Source: an uncultured Myxococcota bacterium (GTDB taxonomy: Bacteria > Myxococcota > JAJVIH01 > CAZXXB01). From it: 26,379 nucleotides of DNA. Location of the stretch: positions 1-26,379 of the forward strand of contig CAZXXB010000019.1 in assembly GCA_964644185.1 (NCBI GenBank). The letters are read 5' to 3'. The translations under genes were made by a program, and so were the position numbers. This document shows, piece after piece, positions 24,041-26,379 of the stretch (position 1 is its first letter; every line of letters starts with the position of its first letter). Below the pieces are notes generated by a model. That model was not told the origin of the DNA. It searched no databases and was given only the letters and a program-made list of their open reading frames with translations.

Positions 24041-25495
24041 ATGCATCCAGACCTGGTAACGCACGAACATGACGAGACTGGCGAGGGCCGCAAGGTTCAC
24101 TTCGTCTCGCTCGGCTGTCCGAAAAACCGCGTCGATAGCGAGGTGATGGCGGCGCTCGCGCTGAAAGAGGGCTACACCCTCGCCGATGAGCCCGATGATG
24201 CCGAGGTGATCGTCGTCAACACGTGTGGGTTCATCGAGTCGGCGAAGAAAGAGTCGGTCGATACGATTCTTGAAATGGCGGCGATGAAGCAGAGCGGCAA
24301 GCTCGACACGCTGATCGTCACGGGGTGTTTGATTCAGCGGTATCCGAAGCAGCTTCCAGAGCTTTTGCCAGAGGTTGATCACTTTCTCGGGACGGCGCAC
24401 TTCAAAGAGTTGCCGGATATTCTTGGTGGGCGGTTGCGGGCGCGGATACGTGCGGGCGACCCGAATGATCGGCATACGCGCGACCCCGACAGCGTGCTTT
24501 ACAGCGCGGGGACTCCGCGCCTTTTGTCGGGTATCGGGCACAGCGCGTACATGAAGATCAGCGAGGGGTGCTCGCAGAAGTGTTCGTTCTGCTCGATACC
24601 GCTCATGCGTGGCACGCAGATGTCGCGGACGGTGGATGATCTGGTGGGTGAGGCGGAGGCGCTTGCGGCGCGGGGTGTGGTCGAGATCAACCTGATTGCG
24701 CAAGACCTGACGGGGTATGGGCACGACCTGACGCCGCGTGCGCACCTGTATGATTTGTTGCAGGGGCTGGCGGGGGTTGAGGGCATCGAGTGGGTGCGGA
24801 TGCTGTACGCGTATCCGCGGTCGTTTCCGCAAAAGTTGATTGATCTGATGGCGAACGAGCCGAAGATTGTGCCGTACCTCGACATGCCGTTGCAGCACAT
24901 TGATGATCGGATGTTGCGGTTGATGCGGCGTGGTGGCAGCGGCGACAAGATTCGTCGGTTGCTGCTCGACATCAAAGACGCGGTGCCGCAGATAGCGTTG
25001 CGGACGACGTTCATTGTTGGGTTTCCGGGTGAGACGCAGGAAGAGTTTGAGCGGTTGTGCGGGTTTGTTGAAGAGATTGAGTTCGCGCACATGGGGGTGT
25101 TTGGTTACAGCAAAGAGACCGACACGCCGGCTGGTGTGATGGAAGGTCAGTTGCCGAAGCGTGTGAAAGACGCGCGTGTGCGCAAGCTGATGAAGATTCA
25201 GCGAGGCATTTCGCGGCGGCGGATGAAGTCGCTCGTGGGTAGTGAGCAGGTGGTGATGCTCGACGGCAAGGCGCCCGAGAGCGAGCACATTCTGGTGGGC
25301 AGGCTTGCGACGCAGGCTCCGGATATTGATGGCGTCGTCTACATTGTGGACGGCATTGACCCCGCGCACCCGCCGAGACCCGGCTCGATTTTGAAGGCGC
25401 GCATCACCTCGGCAGGGGACTATGATCTCGTGGCCGAGATAGTTTCAAACGACGGGTCGCAGGGCTCGTACGCGTTAGAAGAGGCAGCAGCATGA
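24041..25495 (+). CDS. rimO: Ribosomal protein uS12 methylthiotransferase RimO
   Basis: SLGCPKNRVDSE, VNTCGFIESAKKES, VTGCL, KISEGCSQKCSFCSIP, LRTTFIVGFPGET and C-terminal TRAM (APDIDG...YDL). Start ATG 24041. Confidence 0.95.
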   Translation: MHPDLVTHEHDETGEGRKVHFVSLGCPKNRVDSEVMAALALKEGYTLADEPDDAEVIVVNTCGFIESAKKESVDTILEMAAMKQSGKLDTLIVTGCLIQRYPKQLPELLPEVDHFLGTAHFKELPDILGGRLRARIRAGDPNDRHTRDPDSVLYSAGTPRLLSGIGHSAYMKISEGCSQKCSFCSIPLMRGTQMSRTVDDLVGEAEALAARGVVEINLIAQDLTGYGHDLTPRAHLYDLLQGLAGVEGIEWVRMLYAYPRSFPQKLIDLMANEPKIVPYLDMPLQHIDDRMLRLMRRGGSGDKIRRLLLDIKDAVPQIALRTTFIVGFPGETQEEFERLCGFVEEIEFAHMGVFGYSKETDTPAGVMEGQLPKRVKDARVRKLMKIQRGISRRRMKSLVGSEQVVMLDGKAPESEHILVGRLATQAPDIDGVVYIVDGIDPAHPPRPGSILKARITSAGDYDLVAEIVSNDGSQGSYALEEAAA

Positions 25496-26379
25496 CGACG
25501 GTAGTAAGCAGCATCAAGACTTCGGCGCTCAAGATTTCGGATACGCTGGTGCGCCTCGCGATTGAGGTTCCGGCGCCGATGGTGTCGGGGCAGATCGACA
25601 ACGCGGTGAACAACATTGCGAAGCGGGCGAAGCTGCCCGGGTTTCGTCCGGGTAAGGTTCCGGCGTCGGTGATTGCGGCGAAGTATCGGCGCGAGATTGG
25701 CGAAGAGGTGCGCGAGCAGCTCGTGCAGCAGAGTTTTTCGCAGGCGCTGCGCGAGAACAGCGTGGTTCCGTTGATTACGCCGACGGTGGGCACGCTGCCG
25801 AACGTGGCGAAGGGTGAGGCGTTTTCGTTTGAGGTTGATGTCGAGGTGAAGCCGACGGTGACGCTGGGTGCGCTCGAATCGTTGACGGTGAAGACGCGGT
25901 CGACGGAAGTGAGCGAGAGCGATGTCGACGACGCGCTGTTGAAGTTGCGGCAGCGTCAGGGGGTGTTGAAGCCGGTTGAGGGGCGCGAGGTGGCGGCGCT
26001 CGATGACACGGTGACGGTGGCGATTGAGGGGAGCGAGAACGGCATGCCGATACCGGGCACGAAGGCCGAAGACGCGCAGATTGAGCTTGAGTCGAAGGTT
26101 GAGGCGGGCGAGCCGTTTGCGAAGCTGCGCGATGGTCTCGTGGGGATGAAGGTGGGCGAGTCGAAGACGATTGTGGTGGAGTATCCGGAAGATTTTCGCG
26201 ATGACGAGCTTGCGGGTCGGACGGTGAGCTATGCGGCGACGTTGAAGAAGATTTCGGTGCTGGAAGTTCCGGCGGCGGATGATGAGTTTGCGAAAGACCA
26301 GGGTCAGGGTCTGGAGACGCTGGCGCAGCTTCGCGAGAAGCTGGCGGAAGAGTTGCGTGAGGCGCGGGCGAAGGTTGAG
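25492..26379 (+). CDS. tig: Trigger factor, 5' part (runs off the 3' edge; missing from the ORF track)
   Basis: My translation: MTTVVSS...AKLPGFRPGKVP (ribosome-binding signature)...VEVKP...LVGMKVGESKTIVVEYPEDF...LAGRTV...ADDEFAK. ATG overlaps the rimO stop (ATGA). Confidence 0.95.
   Translation, partial: MTTVVSSIKTSALKISDTLVRLAIEVPAPMVSGQIDNAVNNIAKRAKLPGFRPGKVPASVIAAKYRREIGEEVREQLVQQSFSQALRENSVVPLITPTVGTLPNVAKGEAFSFEVDVEVKPTVTLGALESLTVKTRSTEVSESDVDDALLKLRQRQGVLKPVEGREVAALDDTVTVAIEGSENGMPIPGTKAEDAQIELESKVEAGEPFAKLRDGLVGMKVGESKTIVVEYPEDFRDDELAGRTVSYAATLKKISVLEVPAADDEFAKDQGQGLETLAQLREKLAEELREARAKVE

Overview
A GC-rich bacterial chromosome segment with strong G>C skew on the + strand. It is most likely from Myxococcota or a related deltaproteobacterial lineage; this is inferred from the Cys-rich and VWA lipoproteins, the NtrC-type regulators and a pilR-pilD-kinase-regulator block. 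Most genes are housekeeping or envelope genes. In order: aldo/keto reductase 3' end, radical SAM/SPASM protein, unknown bitopic membrane protein, metallophosphoesterase, a minus-strand lipoprotein pair (VWA + 7 RCC1-like repeats; small lipoprotein), maf, sppA, PilR-like regulator, pilD, sensor kinase, second NtrC-type regulator, an unusually long class A PBP, two tRNA-Ser genes (CGA, GGA) separated by a 4-copy 22-23 bp repeat, two hypothetical genes, a 46-Cys lipoprotein coupled to a MoxR-like AAA+ ATPase, rimO and the 5' part of tig. The most unusual part is a ~1.8 kb patch of different composition (about 22177-23972). It holds an IS200-type HUH (Y1) transposase with no left-end hairpin and no tnpB, followed directly by three REP-like hairpin repeats (two direct, one inverted), an FRG-domain gene and a short ORF resembling an antitoxin C-terminus. 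All calls come from reading motifs by eye; no database search was run.
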